DNA of 64,000 nt. It comes from Guillardia theta CCMP2712 (Eukaryota; Protista; Cryptophyta). Where the stretch lies: assembly GCF_000315625.1 (NCBI RefSeq), contig NW_005434670.1, positions 492,054-556,053 on the forward strand, in the 5' to 3' direction. Each line of letters opens with the position of its first letter. Positions within the stretch are counted from its first letter, which is position 1. Position numbers and translations under genes: made by a program. The notes below the pieces were generated by a model. The model did no database searches and was not told the DNA's origin. It was given only the letters and a program-made list of their open reading frames with translations. Positions 23,595-38,821 of this stretch are shown in pieces.

Positions 23595-24230
23595 TCAGAA
23601 TCCTTTGGACGCCAACCATTCCCGCATCTCTCTTGTCCGCTTGCCCTTGGCACGTGTACGTCAGATCACGCGGTAGTCGGAGCATCTCACCTTCACTTCC
23701 ACTCGCCCAACCCTCACCGCCACATCGTTCACGCTGTTCACAGAAGGTGAGACGACGGGCCGTCGAGGATAAGCCAGGAAGGTCCCTACCTGACATCAAA
23801 CTCCCTCAAGATGCTCTCCCGAAGCTTCTCCGGGTCTCCAAGGATCTGCGACAGCAGCAGGTGTCAACACGCACTAGCAGCAAGCACTTCCACTACTTTT
23901 CGGATGATTGTCAGCTTGCGAGAGTTGTAGTTTCCTGCAACAAGCGTCAGCTCCCCCTCCCGGTCTGTCCCCCGCAGCAGCTCACTTATGTCAAAGTAGA
24001 CAGGAAGGTTGCCGTTGGCTGAGCGCACAACCCCCCTGATCACAACTTAAGAGGCGGGGTGAGAACCGGTGGTCAGCTCACCATCCCAATTTGCTCTCCA
24101 CTTGGACGTCGTTCTCGTAGAGTTTTGGCGATTTCTGGGCGTGGGGAGGAAGGGTTGAAGCTGCGGATGAAGAGAGGAATCTTGAGACGTTCTGTTGCAG
24201 GCTCACGCCTATGAGTCTACTCCTCAACAT
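23595..24230 (-). CDS. MRPL49: Mitochondrial ribosomal protein L49 (Img2), multi-exon
   Basis: Spliced MLRSRLIG...VVRSANGNLPVYFDIRNYNSRKLTIIRKILGDPEKL...VGRVEVKGKRTREMREWLASKGF* matches the Img2/L49 pattern and has a mitochondrial presequence. Confidence 0.88.
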
Positions 24231-24588
24231 CCCTGAGCAGCCAACAAAACAAAATCAGCAACGAGTTTCGCCGCGTCACTAGTGTCAGCAAGTAAGCGTG
24301 AGTTTGTTGAGCGTGAATGTGGTGGTGAATCAGGACATATCATGTTGAGAGGTTTCATGACTGATGAAGGGGAGTCTTGAGTGCTCGTCAAGGGTTTGAG
24401 CTACGTGCTGCAGCTGTTCACTCTCCTGGAACCCCAAACAGACATCACAGGCATGCAGATCATCGCTACTAATTTCTCTGTTCCCTTGCCAATACGTCTC
24501 TATTCCCCAACTCCTATCTGATGTTCCTTCATCCAGCTTCCTTCTTCTCAGCCTCCTTGTTCTTCCTCTCCATCCTCCTTCAAACTCT

Positions 24589-24624
<36 letters not shown>

Positions 24625-24854
24625 TCTCCTGCTCCTTCTCGTCCTCTCCCTTCCACTGTCAGCTGCATTTCCGCGTGCCCACCGTTACAATTCCAAACAT
24701 CGTAACGGTCTTTAGGCGCAACCGGGCAAGGCCGGGCCTGTCGATAGCAACGTTACTGATCAGTTACAATGGCGGTTTCCCTTGTAACGATCTGACAGCG
24801 CGAGAGGATGCCGGAGGAAAAAAGATGGAACGCAACGAGGAGGAAGTTGAATAG

Positions 24855-24902
<48 letters not shown>

Positions 24903-24923
24903 GGAGGAGGAGGAGGAGGAGGA
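24855..24923. repeat. Compound microsatellite (TGA)16(GGA)7
   Basis: Directly visible. Confidence 0.95.
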
Positions 24924-25660
24924 TAAGGAAGCAGGGAAGCAGAGAAGGGAAATGTAGAGGGAGGGAGGGAGGGAGCCATGACGTAGGGCAGGAAGGGGTT
25001 GTGGGAGGAGTGGCGGGGGGAGGAGTCGAAAGAGAGTTGGAAATAGAAGATTGGGGAAGGATCAGGAGGTGAAAGAGAGGGAGTTAAATCTTGATATGTT
25101 TCAGTGATGTTATAGAGAGGAAGATGCAGGAGCTGGAATGAAATAGTTCAATGTTTGCAATGGAGGGAAGGCCGGTACTTTGCCCCCCCTTGCACCACAA
25201 GGAGCGAGTGAGACAATGAGCTGAATGAAATGAAAGGGTGATGGAAGACATTTGGAGAAGGATGGAACCAGGGGAAGGAGAGAAGAGAATCTCACCAACG
25301 TGGATGGGTCAGTGCTAGGCGATTTCGTCATGAACAAGGGCATTCGTTTTGGGTTGACTTGCGTGGTGACACAGGGAGTACGGGGTGCCAAGATTGTAAC
25401 CGGTGTAGCTACCACTCTGAAGCGGAGTTTGCCCGTAGCTGCATCAACGAGCCTTCTCCTCTTCACAGGTGAGCATCATAAGGGAGGGTTGCAGAAGCAG
25501 GGGGGGGGGCTGAATTGCTGGGAGGGGGGTGCAAGATTTCTTACTTGTTGCACCAGTCCAACTTTGCTGCGCTATCAGCTCCCTTGCTCTTGAACAGGTA
25601 GGCCTGATGAAACATGTTGACATGCAATGATGTGAGCGCAAGGAATCGAACAACTGTACG

Positions 25661-27247
25661 ATGGCTTCACAAGAGTGGAATTACCTGGAGCTGGGAAATA
25701 TCCGCTCGACTTTGATCAGACAGGTGCGTTGACGGGGGCGAGTGCCCGGCTGCTAGGAGGCAGTGCACAGAGCTCTTGACGTGTGACGTGTGCCGTGTGC
25801 TACAGGAAGACACGATCCTCTTTCAGCTGATCGAGAGAGCTCAATTCAAGCGGAATCTCGCCATCTACCAGGACGATGCCGAATTCCTCAAGGTCCACGA
25901 GTTGTGAGATGTGAGATCGACGCCCCAGCTCACCTCGTCGTCTTGCAGGGCACGGGCATCAGTGGGAGTTATGTGAGGAACCTGCTGCAAGAAACTGAGA
26001 ATATCCATGCAAAAGCTAGGAGGTCTATACCGTCTCGTCTCCTCCGGCTCAACTCACTGACCCCCCGTCCAGATACACTTCTCCCGATGAGAAGCCCTTC
26101 ACTTCTCGCAGTCAGGCAAGCGCTTGGCTGACTGTGAATTTCCCATCGTAACGATCTATGTTGATTCAGCTCCCTGATCCTGTTTTGCCTCCTTTGGTTG
26201 TGCCCGAGGAGATGAAGTACCTAAAGGTGCTTGTGTAAGCAGCTGTCCCGGTCTTACTCAAACGATTTTGCTCGTCATAACAGTCGATCGATGTAAATTT
26301 GAACAGCAAGATCTACGAGTTGTACATATCGACAATCCTGCCGTGGGTAACGAAGGTAGGATATCCTTACTAATAGTTTTTGTACACTGTTCTTCTATCC
26401 TTTCCGCCTCATTCTTGATCATTGTTTCCCTCCCTCACTCTGTTTCCTCAACGCTCTTCCAGATCTCCCTTTCGGTGGCTGCGATTGTGCCTGTACTGAC
26501 ATCTCTTGCAGGAAGGCGACGATGGTCAATATGGCTCTTCGTCCGTGTGCGACATCCAAGCGCTCCAGGTGAACTTCCTCGTCAGTCTCCGCAAGACGAT
26601 CCTGACAGGTTTGCTGTTCAGGCTTTGTCGAAGAGGATTCATTACGGCACCTTCGTGGCTGAATCGAAGGTCAGAGCACAGGTCAGGAACACCATGGTGA
26701 ACTCCAACAATCCTTTGCAGTTCCGAAGCCAACCCGAGGAATACACGAAACTCATCAAAGCTGGAGACCGGCAGGTCTGAGGAGTAAGACTGAAAGCAAG
26801 CCCTCTCATGATCATGCAGGGTATCATGGATCTGTTGACGAACAAAGAGGTGGAGGAGAAGGTGAAGGAGGAGGCGGAGCCGAACCTGTGATCGGACCAC
26901 AGGACTAGCTCCTTATCACCTCGCAGGTTATCAAGAGGGTGCAGAACAAGGCCACTGCGTATGGCCAGGAAATAACGGACGAGACTTCATATGTACACGG
27001 GCCAGCGATCCCCGAGGACAGGCTGAAGCTTTTCAAGGTTGTTTGCTCCTCCCCCTTGGGCCTGGACAGCCGCAAGGGAAGCCAAGAGGTGACCAGCTGC
27101 TGCAGGTAAACCCAGAGACTATGGGAAAGATCTACCGGGAGATCATCATTCCCCTCACTAAGGTGGTTCCGTCTAGTGGTGGATGATGTTTCTCCATTCA
27201 CTGGCGCGCAGGAGGTCGAGGTCGACTACCTTCTTCAAAGGGCATGA
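25661..27247 (+). CDS. ARO7: Chorismate mutase, eukaryotic AroQ type, multi-exon
   Basis: [90 protein letters not shown]. Confidence 0.95.
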
Positions 27248-27364
27248 GGCGCGAGGAGACGGAACTTCGGAACCTCATCGTCGAGCTGCGTTTTCTCGAC
27301 TTGATCCTCGAAATTTTGCTGCCAATTTGATTTAAATAGAAGAAGAGCCTCACGAGCTTGGCAC

Positions 27365-27650
27365 CCCTGAACCGTTGAACCCGGCGTGAACTCGGATGCA
27401 AACTTTCCGGGTTCAAGTCCAACTGACTGAGTACTGGTCGGGCCGTCACGGTCGGGCGCCGCCCGGGGCCCCCAGTGACTCTGTGAGGCCGGGGAGCCTC
27501 GGAGCGAGTCACAGGGCCGGGCCCGGCGCCGGGCCGGGCCGCGCATCATCGAGTGAGGCCCGGAGTCCGATATACAAGTGAAGTTCTTGGAGGTTTTGGA
27601 CGTCAACGTTTTAAGTGGATGTCAAAGTTTTAAAGTTCAAAAGTTTCGCC
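27365..27650. promoter_or_regulatory. Type A island with AAGTT flanks upstream of NAA20
   Basis: TGAACCGTTGA at 27368, GC palindromic core 27438-27570, and caaagttttaaagttcaaaagtttcg about 25 nt before the ATG. Confidence 0.5.
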
Positions 27651-27670
27651 TTGTGGGTCTGCGTGCAACC

Positions 27671-28915
27671 ATGACGAGCTTGAGGGCAATGAACATCAAC
27701 GATCTCTTCAGCGTCGCCAACGTGAACCTTGATCACCTCACAGAGACTGTATGCTCCTGCTCCTGCTCCTGCTCCTGCTTGTCTTTGCCGTTGCCCTGCT
27801 CTGCCTCCTCCTCCTCGCTTCCTCCTCCTAGTCATCTTCATTCTCGTCATCTTCTCATCATCCTCACTCTGGGCCTTCCTGCTCCTTCTTCAGCTCCTCC
27901 TTCTCCTGATCCTTCTGCTGCTTTTTGCTCTTGATCTTGCTCCTCCTTTTGACTTACTACCGATCTTCATCCACCCCGGTCCGTGTTCAGTCCTTGGATG
28001 TTTGACTTGTTGATTTTTAACTCCTCACTCCCTCACTCCCTCACTCCCTCCTCCCTCCCTCCCTCCCTCTCTCCCTCTCCTCATCTAGAGCTCCTCATTT
28101 CGAGCTGAGCGCTGACTTGAGACGTGCAGTACAACCTTCCTTTCTACATGCAGTACCTCGTCAAGTGGCCTGAGTACTTCCAGGTTGCCGAGAATCCTTC
28201 GGGCCGGTGACAAACTGCTTTGCAAGCTCGATCGAGTCAGCGCATTGAGACTAGTTCAGGTTTATGGGATACATCATGGGAAAGGCGGAGGGCCTCGGCG
28301 AGAACTGGCACGGACACGTTACAGCCCTCACAGTAGCTCCTGAGTTCCGAAGAATCGGATTAGGTCAGTCCGAACCCCATCCTCCTCGTCACCCCGACGC
28401 CTCCAGCATGTCCCTTCCTCGAGAAAGCATGATTCTACTTTGCAGCCCATCACCTCATGAATGAGTTGGAGGAAATCTCCGAGAAGAAGCACGATGGATA
28501 CTTTGTGGACTTGTTCGTTCGCGTCAGCAACACCCTGGCCATCAACATGTACCAGAAGTTTGGATACTCGATATATCGGTCAGTGCTCTCCCTTCAGCCC
28601 TGTCACGATCCTTGCATCATTTCCTTCCCTCAAGCTTTTTTTCATGCAGGACTGTCATCGGATACTACTCGGGAGAAGAGGATGCGTATGATATGAGAAA
28701 GGTAATCCAGCCATCCTCTCCCGACCCTGCCTTCCTCCCGCTCTTCCTGTCAATCTTCTCTCTCTGTCTTCTCTCTCTGTCTTCTCTCCCCTCCCTTCCC
28801 CTGTCTATCATTCTGATCCTCTTTCATCGCCAAGGCATTACCGCGAGACGTCGACAAGAAATCTATCATACCTCTGAAAGATCCTGTTTACCCGGAAGAC
28901 CTAGAAAGCCCATGA
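27671..28915 (+). CDS. NAA20: N-terminal acetyltransferase B catalytic subunit
   Basis: NVNLDHLTETYNLPFYMQYLVKWPEYF, MGYIMGKAEG, WHGHVTALTVAPEFRRIGLA, YFVDLFVRVSN, YYSGEEDAYDMRKALPRD. Confidence 0.97.
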
Positions 28916-29102
28916 GCCATGGCATGACGGCGGAGAAACGGGCAGGACGATGGCACTTGCTCTTCGGCCTAGCGCTATCACCGTCTCTGCCAAGGTTGCG
29001 AGCAGGAGATAGAGTGATCATGTTGGTAGGACTTACTAGGGGAATCAGGGGGGTTGTCTTAAAGTATTGATTGCTTCCGTGCAATGTAGAAGAGGCTTGT
29101 AT

Positions 29103-29372
29103 TCATTGATCACGCAAATGTTTTGATAGCCCTACCAGCGTCTCCCGCGTCTCCTCTTTAGGATACACGATGTAGTGGGTGGTTGTCACGACATTGTTCA
29201 GGACTTCGGGCCTCTGCGAACGTGTCAGTTCACCATTGCCATCGCCAAATCCCGTAGAGCAAGAGAAATTTCATACCCGGAAAACTAGGACAGCGACACC
29301 TGGGATGGATAGGCAGAGACAGAACTTGAAGAACTCCAAGCCAAACCGTGCCGCCCTCAGGTGTGCAACCAT
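29103..29372 (-). CDS. PET100: PET100-like cytochrome c oxidase assembly factor, 68 aa, one intron (29214-29276)
   Basis: MVAHLRAARFGLEFFKFCLCLSIPGVAVLVFR-RPEVLNNVVTTTHYIVYPKEE... fits the LExxKFxxYxxxP + TM + YVVYP pattern I recall for Pet100. Confidence 0.7.
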
Positions 29373-29707
29373 GTCTGAAGGAGACATCAATGACGGGCGG
29401 TGAAAGAAAAGGTTCGCAGTCAATCCAATGTCTAGTCTCATTTCAAGTTTGGAGAAGACAACAGCATCCTGCCAAAATATCCCTTTCATGTCCCCAATAC
29501 TCCAACATGGTCGAAAAGTCTCAATTAACACAGGTCTGAATCAAGTGGGAACAGGCAGGCGCATATTGAACATGTTCAAAAAACAAACTGACGCGAGACG
29601 ATCGTATTGTCCCAACATTGCTAGACAAGGAGCATGACAAAGAGATTGAACAGATGAGAAACATAACAGACGAAACCCAAGATGTGAGATGAAAGATGCA
29701 AGTTTCA

Positions 29708-30385
<678 letters not shown>

Positions 30386-30565
30386 CATAATTTACTGATT
30401 CGATCGGTGAGGCTGACAGACTGCAAGCCGCCGCGGGCAAAAGGAGCGGCAAAAAACTCAAGGTAGCACTAGGATGATTAGTTGACGGCATGACTATCAC
30501 CATGACGCGCATGGCGATCAGAAGCCACGGAAGCTGCCGAGCAGGGTCACTGGAAAGTTTGACAC

Positions 30566-33500
30566 TCATGTGCAAGAAGCAGCACCAGGCGTGTGGCTCC
30601 TGCCTCGCACGCTCTCCTCCTCCATGTCGTGGACGTCAGTGAGGTCTGCAACCTGCAGGTGCATGCGTCAGGGCGAGGGGCTCGAGGTTGAGGGAGGAAC
30701 TACCTCACTCAACTCGGCGCCATCGGATGGATACTGCGGGACAGGAGGGGGGAGGTGTGCAGGGCTGGGGGCCGCCTGCAGAAAAGTCACACAGAGTCCT
30801 CTCAGATCCCGCCAGCAGCGCTCACTTGCTGGCTGGTTGTGCTGATCTGTGAGTACGTCGACAAGAAGGTCGCCGCCTGGAGCAAGACGTCACAACCCAC
30901 CACTTCGCCGTCGCTCCTCGCATTACCGTTGCCGTGGTAGCGAAACTCGCAGTGGACGCGGCCGTAGCAGCAGTTGCAGCTGTCGATGCTTCACGCGCGT
31001 CAGTCCAAGAGCTGTGCAGCAACGGAGAGCAACCTGTTGCGGCCGTTGACCGCGATGCCTCGCTCGCGGTCTCGTCGTCCTCTCCGCTGGCGCTGAAAAC
31101 GTTCCCTACATCCCCGACATATCCCACGTCACTCGGAGCTCTGCCACCATGCCCTCCAGGGTCGCTGGTCCCACTCACGGACCCGGCCGTGTAGTGGACA
31201 CTGACCACCTGCCGTTGACATGAGAGAGACACCGATCACATCAACCTGTTAAGGTACCGATTGAGTCTCCTCCACCAAGCTCTGGGCATCCCCGGGGGTG
31301 TTCACTTGCCCACCGTCCCCCTCGTCATCTCCCCACGAGCCGGCACCGAAGGATCCTAATGAGAAGGGCATCAGAGACACGTGTGATGAGGGACGGTGGA
31401 TTTCGGTATAAAGAGAATTGGAGGACAAGAGGGTGTCTACTCACTCTCTGATCCTTGTCGGTGCATAGGAGAAACTGCTTCTGGACTAGGAGCACCCAGT
31501 GAGCCAGTCTCTGCCTCGGAGACATCGTCCTTTGGGACTGTTGACTTTCCTTTGCTCTCTGACCTCCTCCCATCATTCCGCCATGATCCTTGGACTTCTT
31601 CAACATCGTGGTTTCCGTTGCCTGGAACACCTTCCCCTGGGTCTGGGTCTCCTCCACGGAGGAGGAGATAGCCCTGCTCTCCATCGTTGACTTTTCTTCG
31701 CTTGTTGCCACCCCTTCCTTGGGAGCTACTCGAGTCGGCCGCCTTGTCACTCTTGGCATTTTCCTTGGGTTCATTTGATTCAGACTGATGAGCATCACCT
31801 TTGAGAATTGATTTCAGCTTCTCCTCATTAACATGAGAGCTCGATCCAGCTCTCGTCTTGGCAGTGCTCCCCTCATTCCTTCCTCTCTCCTTTCCCCCAG
31901 AGTCCACGGATGTTGCGCCGGGCCCGTCCTGCTTATCTGAGTCCGATGCTCTCTTGCCTTGAGACCTGCCCTTGTCTCCACCTTTTGATTCTCTCGAGTT
32001 TCCATCTTGCTTGTGCTTTTTTGAAGATTTGGTTTCGACAACAGCAGCGTTGTCATTTTCAATGTGATTACGTTTCCCAGATTTATCTTCCTCCTCCTCA
32101 TAGCTTTCATCCATAGCATCGGTCAACTGCTCGTGATCACAAAACATATCGTCATCGTCGTCATCGTCTTTGACATGCTGTTGCTTGCGAGAAAGAGTGG
32201 ATGTCCTCCCCTCGTGATACCTCTTGATCAAATTTCCTGAGACCAAAATAGATTCGAAACGATGCTTCCCCAAGTGCAATGACACTGCACCAACGGTTTT
32301 GAACAGGAATTCTGCTATCTCGAGATAGTATCTTTCACTGACAGGCATCCAAAGATTCCAGTCAAATTCGTTGCCACTGACTCCAACGTAGGATGTGCGG
32401 AGAAAGCGACTGTTGCCCAGAACCTTGACTCCATCTATCTTCATTTTCTCGATATCACTGCCCTTATTACTATGCTTTGCAGCATCCTTGCCTGCTTGTG
32501 TACCCCATTTAAAGACGATTCCAGGCACATCGGCCATGTAAGGATGTAAAATTTCTCCCTTGGGAAAAATTCTATTTAGAAAGTCGCAAAGCAGGGCACG
32601 GAATTCTGTACATTGTGGTACCCCCGACAGCCATCGTAGGTGCGACCGGGGTGGTAAAATTATCTTGGTGTTGTGAATCAAGCGAGAGTTGGCTTGCAGT
32701 CCAACATAATGACTGTTGAGCTCCAGAACCTTGGCTAAATTCACACCATAGCGTTTTGCAATGTCCCTGACTCGCTCTCCATCAGTTGCAGTGTATATTC
32801 CACCCGGAGGAAGCTCGATCGACTTGGGATTCTTCTCCTCCTCCTCCCCAAGATGCACCAAATACTCCAATCTTGCGAGTGACCCATCAGTCTTGATGCC
32901 GAGTATACCCTTCACTTTCATCCATGACAAGACATCGTCGTCACCAAAATCCTTCATTTCCTTCAGAGTCAGCTCCTCAGCAAGGTGTGCTGCTTCAAGC
33001 TGCGAACCAGCTTTGACCTTCGATCGCTCTTCCTCACTCAATCGAGCGTGCTCTGTGTTCCAAGGAACCTTGATTTCTTCTCCGCTCTGAAGTTTTACAG
33101 AGAGCAACAGTTCATTGTCATTCCCTGCCCCATCGGTGATGGAGATCACTTCACCTGGGACCCACTTCCTTTTCGTGTTGCCATGCTTGTTCCTGACTTC
33201 AACCATCTCGCCTTTTCTGCCTGACGGTATTTCTCTTTGAAGCCTGATATACTGAGACGCACAAGGAACATGTTCTTCTGTAACTTTGATATCTTGTGAC
33301 TCGTCCATAGAAAGCACGTAAATCCCATTTTCGAACTTTTTGACCTTCGCTCGAAACCAAGAGCTATCGAGCTCTACTTCAACAGGAGTATTCGCACGAA
33401 GCGGGTTGATTGCGGAGACCTTGCAACTCACAACATCTTCATGTAGTTCCATCCTCACTTTCACTTGAGAAAAGTCCCTGCCGATGGGCACCTCGGCAAT

Positions 33501-34699
33501 GCGACCGATTCCCCATGCATTATCATGTTCATCTCGTAATTCAACCAGTGCATTCTCCTGAATAATTCCTGGACAATCGTCTCGAGTAAACAGTTTTAGT
33601 CGTGGAGTCGTCGGCGTCGAGGCTTCCTTGGCAGCGGGAGGCTTCATTCTTGGATACGGGGAGTTGTCGTTAGGCAGTGCACTAGGTTGATTCGGTCCAA
33701 TCCACGGCGTCGTGTAAGAAATCTTTGAGACAGGTTTCCGGGGAGGAGGGTCTATCACTTTGCACAAATACTGCCACTCCCGTACTTCGATCACATCACA
33801 GGTGATGTACTTGCTTCTGAGCAAGTCCATGAATTCCTTGACCACTTGGGTCTCAGTCTCAATCTCCCCTTTGCCGCTGCGGATCTTCTTGTCGACAGCC
33901 GTCCATGTCGATTTGATCATACTCCGCAGGTTGCTGTGTATCGTTTCGTTCATCTCACGTTTGTGAGCATACTCGTCAACGGTTGTCTCTGCATTCTTCT
34001 TGATCCGGGTCAGGGAGTCGATCAGGTCGGATTGCGGTATGTTCAACTTCACATCCGGATCAGGCAACTTGAAATGCTGCCTCTCACCATCGTCAAAGTC
34101 GATGGTGAACTGCTCTTCAACCCTGCCGGTCTCCGTGGGCATGACCTTGAACTCTGCGATGGTCCCGGGGTACCAGATCCCATCATCGAACAGCACCCGG
34201 ACTGGGTTCCCGATCTGCAACAAAGAGTCATCAACCCATCTCGCTGAACCTCTCGACTCAATGGCCCGCCCCACCTGAAAGAATCGATTCCCTGCCGGCT
34301 TTGCTGGCGGTCTGATCCTGTCCCCGTCGATGTCCAGCCATTCGTCATCCTCATCCGTCGCGCCCACATAGCGAACAAGAACCTGACAATTGGACACACT
34401 CAGCCGGTAGCACGCCCGAGGGCTGTGGATCCATCAAATTCGTGTACAAGGCTCACCTTACTGTTCTCACACCTCCTGACGTTGACCTCCCACCACTCGT
34501 TGTCAGCGCATGCCTCGCACGAGATCCCTTCTCTGAAGTCGAAATTTTCCCACCAGTTTGGTGGATAGCTTGGTTGCACCTGCAGTACGACAGGCCCCGT
34601 TACATTCGACGCTCCTTCACAGCAAGCCCAGTCTTGTGATACCTGGGGTGTCTCCGACATTTCGGACGTGGGTCCACTTACACTCACAGATTCCGCCAT
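30566..34699 (-). CDS. Large chromatin-reader-like protein: about five Tudor/Agenet repeats + chromodomain with inserted LysM + disordered C-terminus
   Basis: 986-codon ORF plus flanking exons, with Tudor-like units (EWWEVNV..VLVRYVG..DEW; VRVLFDDGIWYPGTI..IDFDDGE; VELRD..AWGIGRI; VEVELDSSWFRAKV; VEVRN..KWVPGEV) and LysM IYTATDGERVRDIAKRYGVNLAKVLELN. The 3' exons are tentative. Confidence 0.8.
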
Positions 34700-34959
34700 T
34701 TCCAATCAGGGGATCAAATCTTGGAGTCTCGTTTCCACCGAGCGGCTCAAACTCTCCTTCGCGCGTCGTGTTCGTGCTTCTGTCTCCTCCTAGCTCCTCA
34801 ACCAAAGCGCATGTGCTTCCTGGTGTATCTCAAGAAGAAACTGCATCATCAGCTCCTTTCCAGCTTCTTCACTTTAACTCCTCCCCCTTCTTCTACTCTC
34901 TCTGCTCTCCTCCTCTTCTACCCTTCGCTTACTCGCGTCTCCATTCCCGCCCACCATCG

Positions 34960-35560
34960 ACGGATTACCACCCCAATCCAGCCTCACCCTACCCCCTTCA
35001 CCATTACAATGCCAACCCTACCCCTGCCTTCATCATTCATGAGTTTTTGTACCCCTCATTTTCCTGTCTTCAAAGTACTATTTGACCCGTGATGTATCAC
35101 CTCTACCCCTCAATATTCGATTGCTACCCATCCTAAAAGAACTGACAACCCCTACCTTCAAAGGAGTACACCCCACCTATGGTTTACGCCTTATCAAACA
35201 GCATATCGCCCAGGGTAGGCACAAATCTTCCTAGAAAAATTTAAATTCACTCTTCATAATTTGAACAATTATAGTATAATTTAGATTAATCATTACACTC
35301 ACACCTCAATTTCGATGATTCCATCTGTCTGCTGGTACCCTACCCCATACAGGTTTCACTCCACATCCAATCAACCCAAGACTACCCTCACCCCCACATT
35401 ATACATAAACTACCCCTCTTATTCCCAAGTGATTCCAACACCCCACCTCACCATTGTCAACATCTACCCACCAACTCTAAATTCAATACCTTTCACAACA
35501 AGGCTACCCACCCACTTACCCTCATCACCCCCACCCCCTTCAAACAGGCCGATTGCCCCA
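34960..35560. promoter_or_regulatory. Type B C-skewed island, putative bidirectional promoter (Tudor gene / SRP54)
   Basis: Many ctaccc/ccaccc words, ggtaccctacccc at 35334, and an AT-rich core at 35230-35300. Confidence 0.45.
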
Positions 35561-36327
35561 ACCACGTGAGTCGCCTATGGCCTCCCGCAACCTTCGTGTC
35601 CCTGTGCTCATATCCTCCAACATCACCTCCACCACCACCTCCTCCTCCTCCGTGCTCTCCTTACATGACACACGGTCCTTTTGTCCTCTCTCCTGGCCCT
35701 CCTCCTGATTGTTAGGCTGCTCATGCCGCCTGCTTTCCTTCCACATCATCCCATCTCCTTGTGGCTGGTTTAGGCAGCGAAGTGCAAAAGTTGGAGCGCA
35801 GGAGTGTAGCTTTGTCCTCGCCATGCCATGCCATGCCCGTCATCTTATCTCCTCTGGCTTCCTTTTCGATACTTCTATCATGTTCGTGTCTCTCTCTGTC
35901 AACTACTGCTTCCACTTGCATACGATGTTCAGTCAGCTCTACTTGCAGCGCGCAGTCGTGGATCACCTTTCCTTTGCTGGCTGTTTGTAAGCTATAGGGT
36001 CTGTTGACGTGATTGATTCTGCTTGGCTGTTGGTTCAGCATGCTTTCTGATGCAGCATCAGTGGTCTGGTGGCGTTGTTCGATGTTGGTGTTGGTTGACC
36101 CTTGACGAAAGAAGCACACCAGTATACAAGAGACGAGTGATGAGGCATGTACCAGCCCCGATCTCAGCTTTGTTTCTTGTTTCTAGATAGTTATGTCCCA
36201 TCTATACTCTTTGATTCGTACCTCAAAAGTTTTTAGGGGACCCAAGGCATGAAACTTTGTGATTAGGGCATGCCACGCTTGGTGCGCTGCAACTGATTTG
36301 TCCTTCATTCTAGAATCTGATCGAAAC

Positions 36328-38648
<2,321 letters not shown>

Positions 38649-38821
38649 GGTGAAAGGCCTCCGTTCCCTCTAAGGAAGGAAGCTGCAACTTAGATAAGAC
38701 ACACGCATGAAGGCAAGGAGCCATTCTTGCCCCCTCTCCGGCGAAGGATTCTGCAGATCAATTTCTTTTCGCTGCTTTTCGACTGTAAATTTAGCTGATT
38801 CGTGACCTCCACCCCTTGCTT

